A DNA stretch of 32,800 bases from an uncultured Candidatus Saccharibacteria bacterium (GTDB lineage: Bacteria > Patescibacteriota > UBA1384 > CAJBMM01), in assembly GCA_964561525.1 (NCBI GenBank), contig CAZLPY010000002.1, forward strand, positions 1-32,800, in the 5' to 3' direction. The position numbers were made by a program, and so were the translations under genes. Position 1 is the stretch's first letter. Each line of letters begins with the position of its first letter. Of this stretch, positions 1 to 9,256 are shown piece after piece. The notes under the pieces are model-generated. The model was given only the letters and a program-made list of their open reading frames with translations. It was not told the DNA's origin and searched no databases.

Positions 1-11
1 AACCTTTCGTT

Positions 12-91
12 AAATTCTAAATTCTAAGCACTAAATCCGAAACATTTTTGAATTTAAAGTTGTTCAGAATTTCGTGCTTGGTGCTTCGTAT
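12..91. repeat. Heptamer tandem array forming an imperfect inverted repeat
   Basis: AAATTCT AAATTCT AAGCACT AAATCCG AAACATT on the left; AGAATTT CGTGCTT GGTGCTT CGTATTT on the right, roughly the reverse complements; directly downstream of groES. Confidence 0.8.
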
Positions 92-376
92 TTATTCCAC
101 GATTCCCAAGATGTCGCTTTCACTCAATACAAACAGCTCTTCGCCGTCTACTTTGATCTCAGTCGGGCCGTACTTGGTAAACATCACCTTGTCGCCCACT
201 TTTACTTCTAGTGGCACCAGTTGCTCACCAATGTATTTACCGGTACCGATAGCAGTTACGACGCCTTCTTGTGGCTTTTCCTTTGCAGTATCAGGGAGAA
301 CAATGCCACCCTTGCTCATCTCTTCCTTGGCCAATGGCTTGACCAAAATGCGATCCCCTAATGGTTTGAACTTCAT
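92..376 (-). CDS. groES: Co-chaperonin GroES (Cpn10)
   Basis: KPLGDRILVK, mobile loop SKGGIVLPDTAKEKPQEG and C-terminal ESDILG; AAGGAG RBS upstream. Confidence 0.98.
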   Translation of the reverse strand: MKFKPLGDRILVKPLAKEEMSKGGIVLPDTAKEKPQEGVVTAIGTGKYIGEQLVPLEVKVGDKVMFTKYGPTEIKVDGEELFVLSESDILGIVE

Positions 377-407
377 GCAACACTCCTTTTTCTTGTTTTA
401 TAGTGCA

Positions 408-482
408 GTCATCTCGAATGAAATGAGAGATCCCGTAAGCATCAGGCGAGATTTCTCCACCGACGCAGTGATTCGAAATGAC
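408..482. repeat. REP-like palindromic element
   Basis: Outer arms GTCATCTCGAAT (408-419) / ATTCGAAATGAC (471-482); inner arms GAGAGATC (425-432) / GATTTCTC (450-457). Confidence 0.65.
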
Positions 483-513
483 AAATCATTTTTTCTAGTT
501 TTCGTTCACAATA

Positions 514-1404
514 CTAGCGTTTTGCAAGCACAATGTCAAGTATACTTTGCATTCGCTCTAAGTATTGTGGACGATTGTCGATTGAATGCAGCTTGAGACG
601 GTTGGGCGTGCAAACGAGCTCATCAGAGCGCCCCAGTTCCGGATCTCGGAGCACTTTAAATCGGTGAACCGGAAACAAAACCCGGTTGGCTAGTTTGGTT
701 ATCTTTTTGCTAAATTCCAAATTCCAAATTCTAGATTCTCGTTCTCTAAGATGTGCTACTTCGTGCGGAGTCCAGTTCGGCAAAAAGTTCCCTGCCCAGT
801 TATTAGCTTTGATCAATTGTTGGTAGCCCGCTATGCCAGCCAGTGGCACCATGGTAGCGACCCAGTAACTTGCTGTCCGCATTTCATGCTGGTAAAGCCG
901 TACATTCAAATCGTCTGAAGACAGCCAATAGCCTAGGCACGCTTTACCAGCCTGCTGCTTTGCTGATTTCATTAACCCGAGCCATTCTAACTGAGCGATC
1001 ACGAACGTCCGCGCAATATAGAGTGCGTTCGGCTCAGTAATAATCAAAAAATCAATATCACTGGCTTCGGTGAGTGTTTGCATGGCAGTTGAGTTCATTA
1101 AGATGACTGAGGCTACTCCTGGAGCGCGATAGATCACTTCAGCCATGCGCAATGCTTTGTGCCGTCGTTCCTCTAGGAGCTTTTGACGCTTTTTAGTCTC
1201 GGCTACAGTTTGATCACTGAGCCCAATGTAGACATCTTGATAAACAATGTTTTGCTGCACCAAGTTGTTTAGAGCCTTTTTGAACTGTTCGCCCGAAAAA
1301 GATTCTTTCCATACTAGCTGGTGCAATTCACCCGGCTTGAGTGCCCGCTTAAATTGTTCAAAATAAGCCAGGGTTTCTAGCAAAGCTCGTTGATCGGATT
1401 TCAT
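514..1404 (-). CDS. Nucleotidyltransferase-domain protein (Pol-beta-like) with N-terminal helical/wHTH-like region
   Basis: VILMNSTAMQTLTEASDIDFLII resembles the [G/N]S...DxD motif; 296 aa. Confidence 0.6.
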   Translation of the reverse strand: MKSDQRALLETLAYFEQFKRALKPGELHQLVWKESFSGEQFKKALNNLVQQNIVYQDVYIGLSDQTVAETKKRQKLLEERRHKALRMAEVIYRAPGVASVILMNSTAMQTLTEASDIDFLIITEPNALYIARTFVIAQLEWLGLMKSAKQQAGKACLGYWLSSDDLNVRLYQHEMRTASYWVATMVPLAGIAGYQQLIKANNWAGNFLPNWTPHEVAHLRERESRIWNLEFSKKITKLANRVLFPVHRFKVLRDPELGRSDELVCTPNRLKLHSIDNRPQYLERMQSILDIVLAKR

Positions 1405-1449
1405 GAGCAGATAATATCAAATAGGAGCAATAAGTCTAATTCGACTCAT

Positions 1450-1983
1450 TCACTTGCGCGAGCCAAACAGTTGAGAAAACAAGCCGCCTTTGGCGGATTT
1501 TTTATGATTAGATTCGGCTGGGGCTGAGAGTTGCTTGACTTGATCCTTTAGCGTCTCAACCTGATTTTGAAAATAACCCAATTGTCCGGCCATGTGAAAG
1601 TTTTTGTCGGTTAGTTCTTTACTTTCGCCGCGTAGTGTCTCTTTTTCCTTGCGCAGCTCATCTAGTTGTTTTTCCAGCAACTCGATCGCTCTGGCTACAT
1701 TGCCATCAGTTACGGTATGAGAAGGGGTAGCAGACACCGTATTTTCACTACCCTGTTTTGCAGGCCTATTTGACACACTGCCTTCACTCTGTCCTATAGT
1801 GTCTTTTAATGAGATTTTTAATTCCTCCAACTCCTCTTTATTCAAACGCATCTCTTGGCCATTGAAGCCATCCACGTACTGCTTGCTCAAGCGCCCTGAG
1901 CGAACATAGGAGCGTACAGTCGCTGGCTTTTTACCTAGTATCTCAGTAGCCTCACGTAAACTGACCACATACTGCTTTTCCAT
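1450..1983 (-). CDS. HTH plus coiled-coil DNA-binding protein with C-terminal amphipathic helix (RacA / pSK1 Par-like architecture)
   Basis: N-terminal SLREATEILGKKPATVRSYVRSGRL HTH; coiled coil LLEKQLDELRKEKETL; tail GGLFSQLFGSRK; AAGGAGG RBS. Confidence 0.7.
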   Translation of the reverse strand: MEKQYVVSLREATEILGKKPATVRSYVRSGRLSKQYVDGFNGQEMRLNKEELEELKISLKDTIGQSEGSVSNRPAKQGSENTVSATPSHTVTDGNVARAIELLEKQLDELRKEKETLRGESKELTDKNFHMAGQLGYFQNQVETLKDQVKQLSAPAESNHKKSAKGGLFSQLFGSRK

Positions 1984-2029
1984 TATAGCCTCCTTAAGAA
2001 GGGTATTTGTAACACTATTGATTACCCTG

Positions 2030-2058
2030 ATGGTATAGGGTCATTCGTAGACTGTCAA
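2030..2058 (-). promoter_or_regulatory. sigma70-type promoter for the HTH/coiled-coil gene
   Basis: TTGACA (2058-2053), 17 bp, TACCAT (2035-2030). Confidence 0.7.
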
Positions 2059-2067
2059 TAGAGGGTA

Positions 2068-2198
2068 AAAATTCGAAGCACCCGTCCTACGCTCCTCTGG
2101 AGCTACTGAGGGCAGGCGAAGCACTAAATCCGAAACGAATTCAAAATTATCAATTCAAAAAAACATTTTGGATTTCGATATTCGGATTTTGGATTTCT
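2068..2198. repeat. Heptamer array interrupted by a GC-rich hairpin
   Basis: AAATTCG AAGCAC [GC hairpin 2081-2117] G AAGCACT AAATCCG AAACGAA ... GGATTTC GATATTC GGATTTT GGATTTC. Confidence 0.75.
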
Positions 2199-2200
2199 CT

Positions 2201-4003
2201 CTATTGTACTGACTGGTCTGCCTTGGCCGTACCGACCAAGTACCTTGCCTGCCACGGCACATAGTGACTATTGAATATTTGCTTGTTACGCACCGAACCA
2301 TCTTTGTTCAGCACAGTGTAAGTGAACGAAGCATTGGCGCCATTATGGGCATGTTCTGTTTGTTTTGTGGTCCCCTCAGGCAACGTGTCAGTTTGAATAT
2401 ATTCCGGGTCAGGCGGTGGCACAATGTCAGTCACTACTGGATCGGTTTCAGTTTCACTTCGTCCATCCTTCGTACCGTAAAAATCAAACGTTATCTTAGT
2501 GCCATCAATATGCGATTGAATCAAAATATTTGACGGGGTGTCATTGATGAATTTAAAATCCGGGCTGCCTTCATAAATAGTTGCGTCTTTGCCCACTGGC
2601 GGCTCGTAGTACCCCACACGATAGCTGTGGTTGCGCCGTTCAGTAATCTTTAAGCCAGCGTTCATCGTTGCCCGAAACAAGGTGGTGGAAACCTGACACA
2701 AGCCGCCTCCAAACTCCGGCTCAGTTTTGTTTTCCTTGATCACCAGCTCGGGAAGGTACCCTGCTGCACCGTCAATATGCCCCAGATACTTTAATGTAGA
2801 AAACTCGTCGCCCGACTTAACCAAAATACCATTTAAGGCGGAAGCACCTACGGCAATGTTATGCTTACGATTCTCCGGGCTGGTAGCAAAACTGGTAGTT
2901 GCGGTGCCGATCAGGTCAGTGATACCAAGTGCACCAATTGATTGATCTGTTACTGCCGGCTTCGTGACCGCAAACGTGGCCGCAACGCTGATTTGTTTAT
3001 CGGTTTTACTGTGCTCAACGTAGTCACGCGCTGCAGATACTACCGCATGGGCCGTTTTATCACTATCCAACGTTTTACCATCCGAACCCGGGCTAAAAAT
3101 AGTCACTTTGCCATCCTGTATGCTTAGCTTTGCTTCAACTGGAGCGCTGTTGAATTGCCCAGACATCCCATCCAGCCAGGTCTTGACCTTATCATGAGCT
3201 AAGCTAAGCTGCAGATGGCCCGCAAAAAGTTCAGAAGTAATCCATGAATCGAGGACATCTTGCTTTACTGAAACTTGGGCATTATCGGTCGTCACCGTTA
3301 TTTTCACCGTACGAAACTGACTGGCCTGCTTTGCGACCTCTTTGGTATCACCGGTTGCAACGGCAGGCTGCACCACGACACGCGATAAGACGATATCGCC
3401 TGCTTGACCACTGGTCCAATGATCAATAATGGCTCTCGCTGCCTCTGCCTTAACGATACGCTTACCTGCCACACCTTGTGTCTCGGTCACCGTACCGTGG
3501 TCAATGATTACCCCAGCGTTCTGCTCTGGTTGATCCACCTCTGCTGCAAACTGATCCAGCTGCTTTTGCAATTTATCGGCGTCATAGGTGACTACAAACG
3601 GCACGTGACGTGGCTGCACCAAAGCACCTGCTAGATCGGTTGCGGTATCGATTAAGCTGGCCTCTCGGCCATACGAATAGGCGGCGGCTGCGGTTGCTTT
3701 GACGTCCACCACCAACCCAATATCAGCTGCATGAATGGTCATCTGCTTATCATCTACCCGCACTGCAACACCCCGAGTTGCAATTGCTTCACTCCACGAT
3801 TGTAGGGCGTCGACTGTGTCGGGCAGCGTTTTACCACTCACTTGAAGTCCAGCTGCAGAGACGTGTGGAAGAACACGGCTTGAGTAATAGATAGTATATG
3901 CAAGTAGTGCACCGACTAAACTTGCACATATGGCTACACCGCCCAGAATGTAGATTTTGGTGCGTTTTGTGGGATGATTTTTTTTTGTTTTTGTCTTAGC
4001 CAT
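2201..4003 (-). CDS. VanW-family protein with N-terminal TM anchor, putative peptidoglycan-binding repeats and C-terminal G5-like domain
   Basis: GGGLCQVSTTLFRA, ERRNHSYRVGYY, GKDATIY and DFKFINDT are typical VanW motifs. Confidence 0.88.
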   Translation of the reverse strand: MAKTKTKKNHPTKRTKIYILGGVAICASLVGALLAYTIYYSSRVLPHVSAAGLQVSGKTLPDTVDALQSWSEAIATRGVAVRVDDKQMTIHAADIGLVVDVKATAAAAYSYGREASLIDTATDLAGALVQPRHVPFVVTYDADKLQKQLDQFAAEVDQPEQNAGVIIDHGTVTETQGVAGKRIVKAEAARAIIDHWTSGQAGDIVLSRVVVQPAVATGDTKEVAKQASQFRTVKITVTTDNAQVSVKQDVLDSWITSELFAGHLQLSLAHDKVKTWLDGMSGQFNSAPVEAKLSIQDGKVTIFSPGSDGKTLDSDKTAHAVVSAARDYVEHSKTDKQISVAATFAVTKPAVTDQSIGALGITDLIGTATTSFATSPENRKHNIAVGASALNGILVKSGDEFSTLKYLGHIDGAAGYLPELVIKENKTEPEFGGGLCQVSTTLFRATMNAGLKITERRNHSYRVGYYEPPVGKDATIYEGSPDFKFINDTPSNILIQSHIDGTKITFDFYGTKDGRSETETDPVVTDIVPPPDPEYIQTDTLPEGTTKQTEHAHNGANASFTYTVLNKDGSVRNKQIFNSHYVPWQARYLVGTAKADQSVQ

Positions 4004-4034
4004 AACTAATCACGATTGATCCCATATCCATCTT

Positions 4035-4112
4035 AAAAATTCGAAAGCTGTAGCAGGCTGACGCATTACATCGTTCCTATGTTAGATTTCGGATGTGCAA
4101 TTTAGGATTTCT
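4035..4112. repeat. Degenerate heptamer-flanked intergenic element
   Basis: AAAATTCGAAAG ... TAGATTT CGGATGT GCAATTT AGGATTT. Confidence 0.45.
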
Positions 4113-4129
4113 GCTCCACCACACCATGC

Positions 4130-4381
4130 TTACACTTCTTTTAGCATCTCGTTCAAGATATCACGTGCACGAGCTGTTTTAATGGCTCGCGCTACCTCTG
4201 CTGACATGATATCTACTGACAATTCATCACCGGCGGCAACTTGTCCCTGCACTAGGTGTGCCGGAATATCAAATTGCTGCCCACGTCCATCATCGAGCTG
4301 AACCTTTTTTGGACCCACCTTCACCACTGTAGTTACTATAACGTCAGAGAAACCAAAATGATCAGTCGAGGAGTGTGCCAT
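4130..4381 (-). CDS. Small hypothetical protein (beta-rich N-terminus, C-terminal helix)
   Basis: 83 aa ORF co-oriented with neighbours; TAGAAT just upstream of the ATG. Confidence 0.7.
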   Translation of the reverse strand: MAHSSTDHFGFSDVIVTTVVKVGPKKVQLDDGRGQQFDIPAHLVQGQVAAGDELSVDIMSAEVARAIKTARARDILNEMLKEV

Positions 4382-4407
4382 TTTATTCTATACCAAAGTG
4401 CAGGCTA

Positions 4408-6534
4408 CTACACCACAGAGGCTTCCGCCTTATCACGACGGAACCACCACACAATTGCAATAACTACGAGCAAGACGCCTAGTGTAGCCCATTTTGCATT
4501 AGTATTTAGACCATGCTGTGTAATGAGAGTTACAATGAGCAGCGCTACAATGTTTACCACTTTAATCATCGGGTTAATGGCCGGTCCAGCTGTGTCTTTG
4601 TATGGATCTCCGACGGTGTCTCCAGTGACCGCTGCCTGATGAGCAAAACTGCCTTTTCCACCAAAGTGACCTTCTTCAATGTATTTTTTGGCGTTATCCC
4701 AGGCGCCACCACCACTGGTCATAGCAATGGCCACAAAAATGCCGGTCACAATTGATCCAACCAGCAGACCGCCCAGAGCCGCCGGCCCAAGCAGCAGGCC
4801 GACCAATAACGTAGCAACGATCGGGATCAAAGCTGGCAAAATCATTTCTTTAATCGCGGCGCGGGTCACAATGTCAACCGCAGCGCTATAATCTGGCTTT
4901 TCAGTTCCTTTCATAATGCCCTTATATTCACGGAATTGACGCCGTACTTCTTCCACAATCTGCGCTCCGGCTTTGCCAACTGCTTCCATGGCCAAGCTTG
5001 AAAAGTAAAACGGCAACAGCCCGCCGATAAATAATCCGGCCAGCACATTGGGATCGGATAAACTAAAGGTCACGGTTGTGCCCGCCGCTTTATTCAATTC
5101 CACTGCAAAGGACGAAAACAGTACCACAGCCGCAAGGCCAGCCGAGCCGATGGCGTAGCCCTTGGTCACCGCTTTGGTGGTGTTTCCCACCGCATCAAGC
5201 TGATCTGTGATCACTCGCACACTCTCCGGCAATCCAGCCATTTCGGCGATGCCACCAGCGTTATCGGTAATTGGCCCAAATGCATCAATTGCTACAATCA
5301 TGCCGGTCAGGGTAAGCATCGCTACTACCGCCACCGCAACGCCATAAATACCAGCCAGAGCGTACGATCCAAGCAGTGCGGCACAGATGACCAAAACAGG
5401 AGCTGCCGTAGCCCGCATCGAGACAGCCAGGCCAGTAATTACGTTGGTGCCGTGTCCGGTCTTCGAGGAAGCAGCGATCGAGCGCACCGGTGCATACTTA
5501 GTTGAAGTATAGTATTCAGTAATAACTACCAGGGCTGCCGTCACGCCTAAACCAATCAGCGAGCAATAAAACAGGTTGAGCGTGGTGTACATTGGGTCAA
5601 CACCTTCCAAACCAGTCATAAATTTATTGGTCACAAACCAAAATGCGATAGCTGATAACACCGCGGAGACCGCCAGACCGTTGTACAGCGCTGGCATAAT
5701 GCCCTGCTTGCCAAATTGACGCACAAACAGCATGCCGATTAAAGATGCCACAATTGATGCCCCACCTAACGCTAGCGGATAGAGCACCACATTTGCGTTA
5801 TCAGCAAACACAATTGAGCCAAGCAGCATCACTGCAATCATCGTGACAGAGTAGGTCTCAAACAGATCAGCAGCCATGCCGGCGCAGTCGCCCACGTTGT
5901 CACCCACATTATCTGCAATCACCGCTGGGTTACGCGGATCATCCTCAGGAATGCCGGCCTCCACTTTGCCGACTAAATCGGCCCCAACATCGGCCCCTTT
6001 GGTAAAAATCCCACCACCAAGACGGGCAAAAATGCTAATTAATGAGCCACCAAAGCCAAGACCAATCAATGCATTCAGATCATGAAATAGGCTGTAAAAA
6101 CCGGCAACTGCCAGCAGCCCCAAGCCAACCACCAGCATTCCGGTAACGCTACCGCCTCTGAAAGCGAGCGCCAAAGCTGGCGCCAAGCCCTGGTGAGCGG
6201 CCTCAGCGGTGCGCACGTTAGCTCGCACCGATACATTCATCCCAATGTAGCCGGCTAGGGCAGAGAACAAAGCGCCAACCAAAAATCCAACAGCGGTGCG
6301 CCAGTTGATGGCGTATAGTAAGATCACAAACAGTACTAATGCCACTAATGCGATAGTAGAGTACTGGCGGTTCAAATAAGCCTTCGCCCCCTGCTGGATG
6401 GCAAGAGCAATATCAGCCATCTTTTTGGTACCGACTGGCTGTTTCAAGATTGATAAACTAGCCATCAGCCCGTACAGAATAGCCAATGCAGCTCCGCCAT
6501 AGGCCAACACCGCGGCAATAGTAGTGGTATCCAT
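4408..6534 (-). CDS. hppA: Membrane-bound proton-translocating pyrophosphatase, predicted K+-independent
   Basis: [50 protein letters not shown] and [14 protein letters not shown]; many TM helices. Confidence 0.96.
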   Translation of the reverse strand: MDTTTIAAVLAYGGAALAILYGLMASLSILKQPVGTKKMADIALAIQQGAKAYLNRQYSTIALVALVLFVILLYAINWRTAVGFLVGALFSALAGYIGMNVSVRANVRTAEAAHQGLAPALALAFRGGSVTGMLVVGLGLLAVAGFYSLFHDLNALIGLGFGGSLISIFARLGGGIFTKGADVGADLVGKVEAGIPEDDPRNPAVIADNVGDNVGDCAGMAADLFETYSVTMIAVMLLGSIVFADNANVVLYPLALGGASIVASLIGMLFVRQFGKQGIMPALYNGLAVSAVLSAIAFWFVTNKFMTGLEGVDPMYTTLNLFYCSLIGLGVTAALVVITEYYTSTKYAPVRSIAASSKTGHGTNVITGLAVSMRATAAPVLVICAALLGSYALAGIYGVAVAVVAMLTLTGMIVAIDAFGPITDNAGGIAEMAGLPESVRVITDQLDAVGNTTKAVTKGYAIGSAGLAAVVLFSSFAVELNKAAGTTVTFSLSDPNVLAGLFIGGLLPFYFSSLAMEAVGKAGAQIVEEVRRQFREYKGIMKGTEKPDYSAAVDIVTRAAIKEMILPALIPIVATLLVGLLLGPAALGGLLVGSIVTGIFVAIAMTSGGGAWDNAKKYIEEGHFGGKGSFAHQAAVTGDTVGDPYKDTAGPAINPMIKVVNIVALLIVTLITQHGLNTNAKWATLGVLLVVIAIVWWFRRDKAEASVV

Positions 6535-6604
6535 AATACCTACACCTTTCGTTTTATTATATCAATAACGTTAATGATGAATTTATGTGTGACTGATGTA
6601 TAAC

Positions 6605-6725
6605 CAAAATAACTAATTACTAATGTCTAATTTCTAAGTAAGCCCCAATGCATCAATGACTCATTGGTCATTCTGACATTAGTCATTCATTAGAAATTAG
6701 GAATTAATCATTCGTCATTTCCATT
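6605..6725. repeat. Heptamer array (TAATGAC/GTCATT type), imperfect inverted
   Basis: TAATTAC TAATGTC TAATTTC ... CAATGAC TCATTGG TCATTCT GACATTA GTCATTC ATTAGAA ATTAGGA. Confidence 0.75.
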
Positions 6726-6731
6726 AATAAT

Positions 6732-7877
6732 CTATTTATTAATCTGCGCCACTTCAGGCTTTTTCTCAAACGTTTGATACAAATCAAGCGTCTGCTCCGC
6801 CATCTTGTCCCAACTAAACGCTTTGGTACGTTTTAAGCCTTCGGCCACCAGTACCTTTCGCAAGTTGGCTCCGCTGACCACTCTATACATCTTATCAGCC
6901 ATATCTACGGTATTGCGAGGGTCAAAGTACAGTGCCCCGTCCCCTGCAATCTCGGGCAAGCAACTGGCGTTTGAACAGACCACTGGACACTCACAGGCCA
7001 TCGATTCCAGGGGCGGCAAGCCAAATCCTTCAATCAGTGAAGGAGTAACGCTCGCCATCGCACCGGAATACAGTGGTGGCAGATCCTCTTCCGGGGCAAA
7101 TCCGGTCATAATGACGGCGCCGCCAAGATGATGTTTGACAATAGCAGCCTGTACTTGCGGTAGATACCGTAGATCAGCTTTGCCAACCAGTACCAACTGT
7201 AGGCTGCGGTTCCGCGCCCGAACTGAGGCAAAGGCCTCAATCAGTCGCACAATATTTTTGTGTACTCGCAGTTGCCCGACGTAGATGATGTAGGGTCTTG
7301 CGATTGCATACTTCTTTTGCGTCGCTTCAAGAAGCCTTTGATTATCGCATTTTTTGTAGCGCTGGTCAACCGCTTCGTAGATCACCTGCATCTTATCCGG
7401 TGGGGTGTGGTAATGTTCGGATATCTCACGCTTGGTCGTCTCCGAAACCGCGATAATTTTATCCGCTTGACGGAGGGCGTGCCGAATCGTCACCTCATAT
7501 GCCAGTAATTTAATTCGATTCATCGCGACCCCCGGGTAGAACGTCAGGATTAAATCGTGAATCGTAAAAACGGTGCGACCACGATAGAGGAGAGGATGGT
7601 TAAAATGCAAGAAATGCACCAGGTCAAGGTGATGACTATCCAGTAATTTTTTGAACGTGGTTTGCTCGTCGAGCGAATAATTCTTGATCGCGGTAGTCAC
7701 GAATTTTGTATCTGGATGATGCGTCTGTGGTTTTGCCACCCCGGTGGGTAAAAACACCACAAATTGGTGTTTTTTTGCCTCAGCTAAATTGAGCAGGCGC
7801 GGCACCAACTCGGTGGCATAGCGGGCTAGTCCACTCGCTTCAGGATTATAAAACCGTGCATCAATTCCGATTCGCAT
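6732..7877 (-). CDS. Glycosyltransferase family 4 (GT-B)
   Basis: Start moved to MRIGIDARF (ATG 7877, GGAG upstream); HKNIVRLIEAF and [11 protein letters not shown]. Confidence 0.93.
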   Translation of the reverse strand: MRIGIDARFYNPEASGLARYATELVPRLLNLAEAKKHQFVVFLPTGVAKPQTHHPDTKFVTTAIKNYSLDEQTTFKKLLDSHHLDLVHFLHFNHPLLYRGRTVFTIHDLILTFYPGVAMNRIKLLAYEVTIRHALRQADKIIAVSETTKREISEHYHTPPDKMQVIYEAVDQRYKKCDNQRLLEATQKKYAIARPYIIYVGQLRVHKNIVRLIEAFASVRARNRSLQLVLVGKADLRYLPQVQAAIVKHHLGGAVIMTGFAPEEDLPPLYSGAMASVTPSLIEGFGLPPLESMACECPVVCSNASCLPEIAGDGALYFDPRNTVDMADKMYRVVSGANLRKVLVAEGLKRTKAFSWDKMAEQTLDLYQTFEKKPEVAQINK

Positions 7878-8052
7878 TTCAATGAAATCTCCAATTAAGT
7901 TTACTTCCAACCAGTGATTGGTAGGCAATCTTGTGGTCGTACGCGAACGCGAACGAGCAGACAACCATAGATCCTTCAAACTATGAGGTCATTTTTCTCT
8001 TACACCCTATCACAAATTAAACTCAGGAGGAATATCGGGGCGAGGAGAAAGT

Positions 8053-8081
8053 TTGATTGTGTGTCACCGATGCCGTACAAT
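8053..8081 (+). promoter_or_regulatory. sigma70 promoter, probably giving a leaderless mRNA
   Basis: TTGATT, 17 bp, TACAAT, then 6 nt to ATG 8088. Confidence 0.65.
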
Positions 8082-8087
8082 AAGGGT

Positions 8088-9146
8088 ATGAAATACGCAT
8101 GGCTGATTGTATTAATCATTATTGTCGGTGCTTGTACTGTCGGCCTGTACTATTTGAACCAGCACAAAACGAGCTCAACTACTTCCTCAACCTCTGATAC
8201 TGGCGCCGTTCTACCTGATACCACCATCCATTGGGGGGTAGCGATCCGTCCATACGGTTTGAAAGGCCCTGGTGCGGCTTACAAAACCAGTCAGCTCCAA
8301 ACTCAAGTCAGCTTAGCAAAGGAGCTGGGTGTGACCGATGTGCGCGCCAACGCCGAAAATGAGATGGCCACCAACGACGATTTTGTATCAATGGCTGAAC
8401 AAAACAAGATGGCTCCGACGATAGTGCTTGAACCGATTGACCCGCACTACTTGGATACCAATACCTATCAAAACGCCTACGATTACGCCTTCAAGCTAGC
8501 CAAGCGCTACGTTGGCCGCGTGCCTTACTATCAACTAGCTAACGAAGCCTCTGGGGTAGCGATCAAAACCGGAGCCGCAGGCGATAAAACGAGCGATTAC
8601 GACCCGACCAAGTACCTCAAATTACGAGACGAGATGCGCGGGCTGTCGGACGGTGTGCATGCGGGCGACGCAAGCGCACAGCGCATCATTAGCGCGAACT
8701 GGCTTGGGACAGGCGTGATTGATAAGCTAGTGGCTGACAACATTAATTTCGAAGTGATCGGCTGGAACTGGTACTCCGATATGGGGAATGATTTGATCAA
8801 AACACAGAGTGATGGCACTACCTTAAATATCCCGCAATACCTCAGTAAATATCACAAAAAGTTTTGGGTGGTAGAGTTGAACCGCCGTCAAGGCACCTTT
8901 GATAATAATGCCAAGGCCCAAAGTGACTTTTTGCAAACGTTCATTAGCAGCACACTGGCGCACAAAAACGTCACTGGGTACTTTGTGTACACCTTAACGG
9001 ATGAGTGCGGCGAGCTTAGCCAAGAACACGGTAACCTTGGACTAGTCAGTTTGACCAAAAATAGCGATGGTACCTGCTCAGTTAAAGCCAAAAAAACCGC
9101 CTTCACTACCGTTCAAAGCTTGATTAAAGCAAACCCTAAACCGTAG
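8088..9146 (+). CDS. Membrane-anchored clan GH-A glycoside hydrolase-like protein, paralog 1
   Basis: Start moved to MKYAWLIV; TM helix, Ser/Thr linker, YYQLANE (acid/base) and FWVVE (nucleophile). Confidence 0.7.
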   Translation: MKYAWLIVLIIIVGACTVGLYYLNQHKTSSTTSSTSDTGAVLPDTTIHWGVAIRPYGLKGPGAAYKTSQLQTQVSLAKELGVTDVRANAENEMATNDDFVSMAEQNKMAPTIVLEPIDPHYLDTNTYQNAYDYAFKLAKRYVGRVPYYQLANEASGVAIKTGAAGDKTSDYDPTKYLKLRDEMRGLSDGVHAGDASAQRIISANWLGTGVIDKLVADNINFEVIGWNWYSDMGNDLIKTQSDGTTLNIPQYLSKYHKKFWVVELNRRQGTFDNNAKAQSDFLQTFISSTLAHKNVTGYFVYTLTDECGELSQEHGNLGLVSLTKNSDGTCSVKAKKTAFTTVQSLIKANPKP

Positions 9147-9156
9147 GCGGAAGCAA

Positions 9157-9245
9157 GAATTTAGAAGTTAGAATTTAGAATCTAGCGTGCGACTACTAAG
9201 GACTGATTCGGCTTCTACCCTTAAATTCTATCTTCTAGATTCCAA
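9157..9245. repeat. Heptamer array, inverted
   Basis: AAGAATT TAGAAGT TAGAATT TAGAATC ... TAAATTC TATCTTC TAGATTC. Confidence 0.75.
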
Positions 9246-9256
9246 CCTCTATTCCC

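Noticed and set aside
1-91. groES apparently without groEL
   Set aside because: The window ends just downstream, so groEL may follow outside it
48-596. 182 aa plus-strand ORF
   Set aside because: Antisense shadow of groES running through a palindromic repeat; no protein-like features
7878-8087. N-terminal extensions of the GT4 (7979) and GH (7983) ORFs
   Set aside because: They cover the divergent promoter region; family-typical starts are at 7877 and 8088
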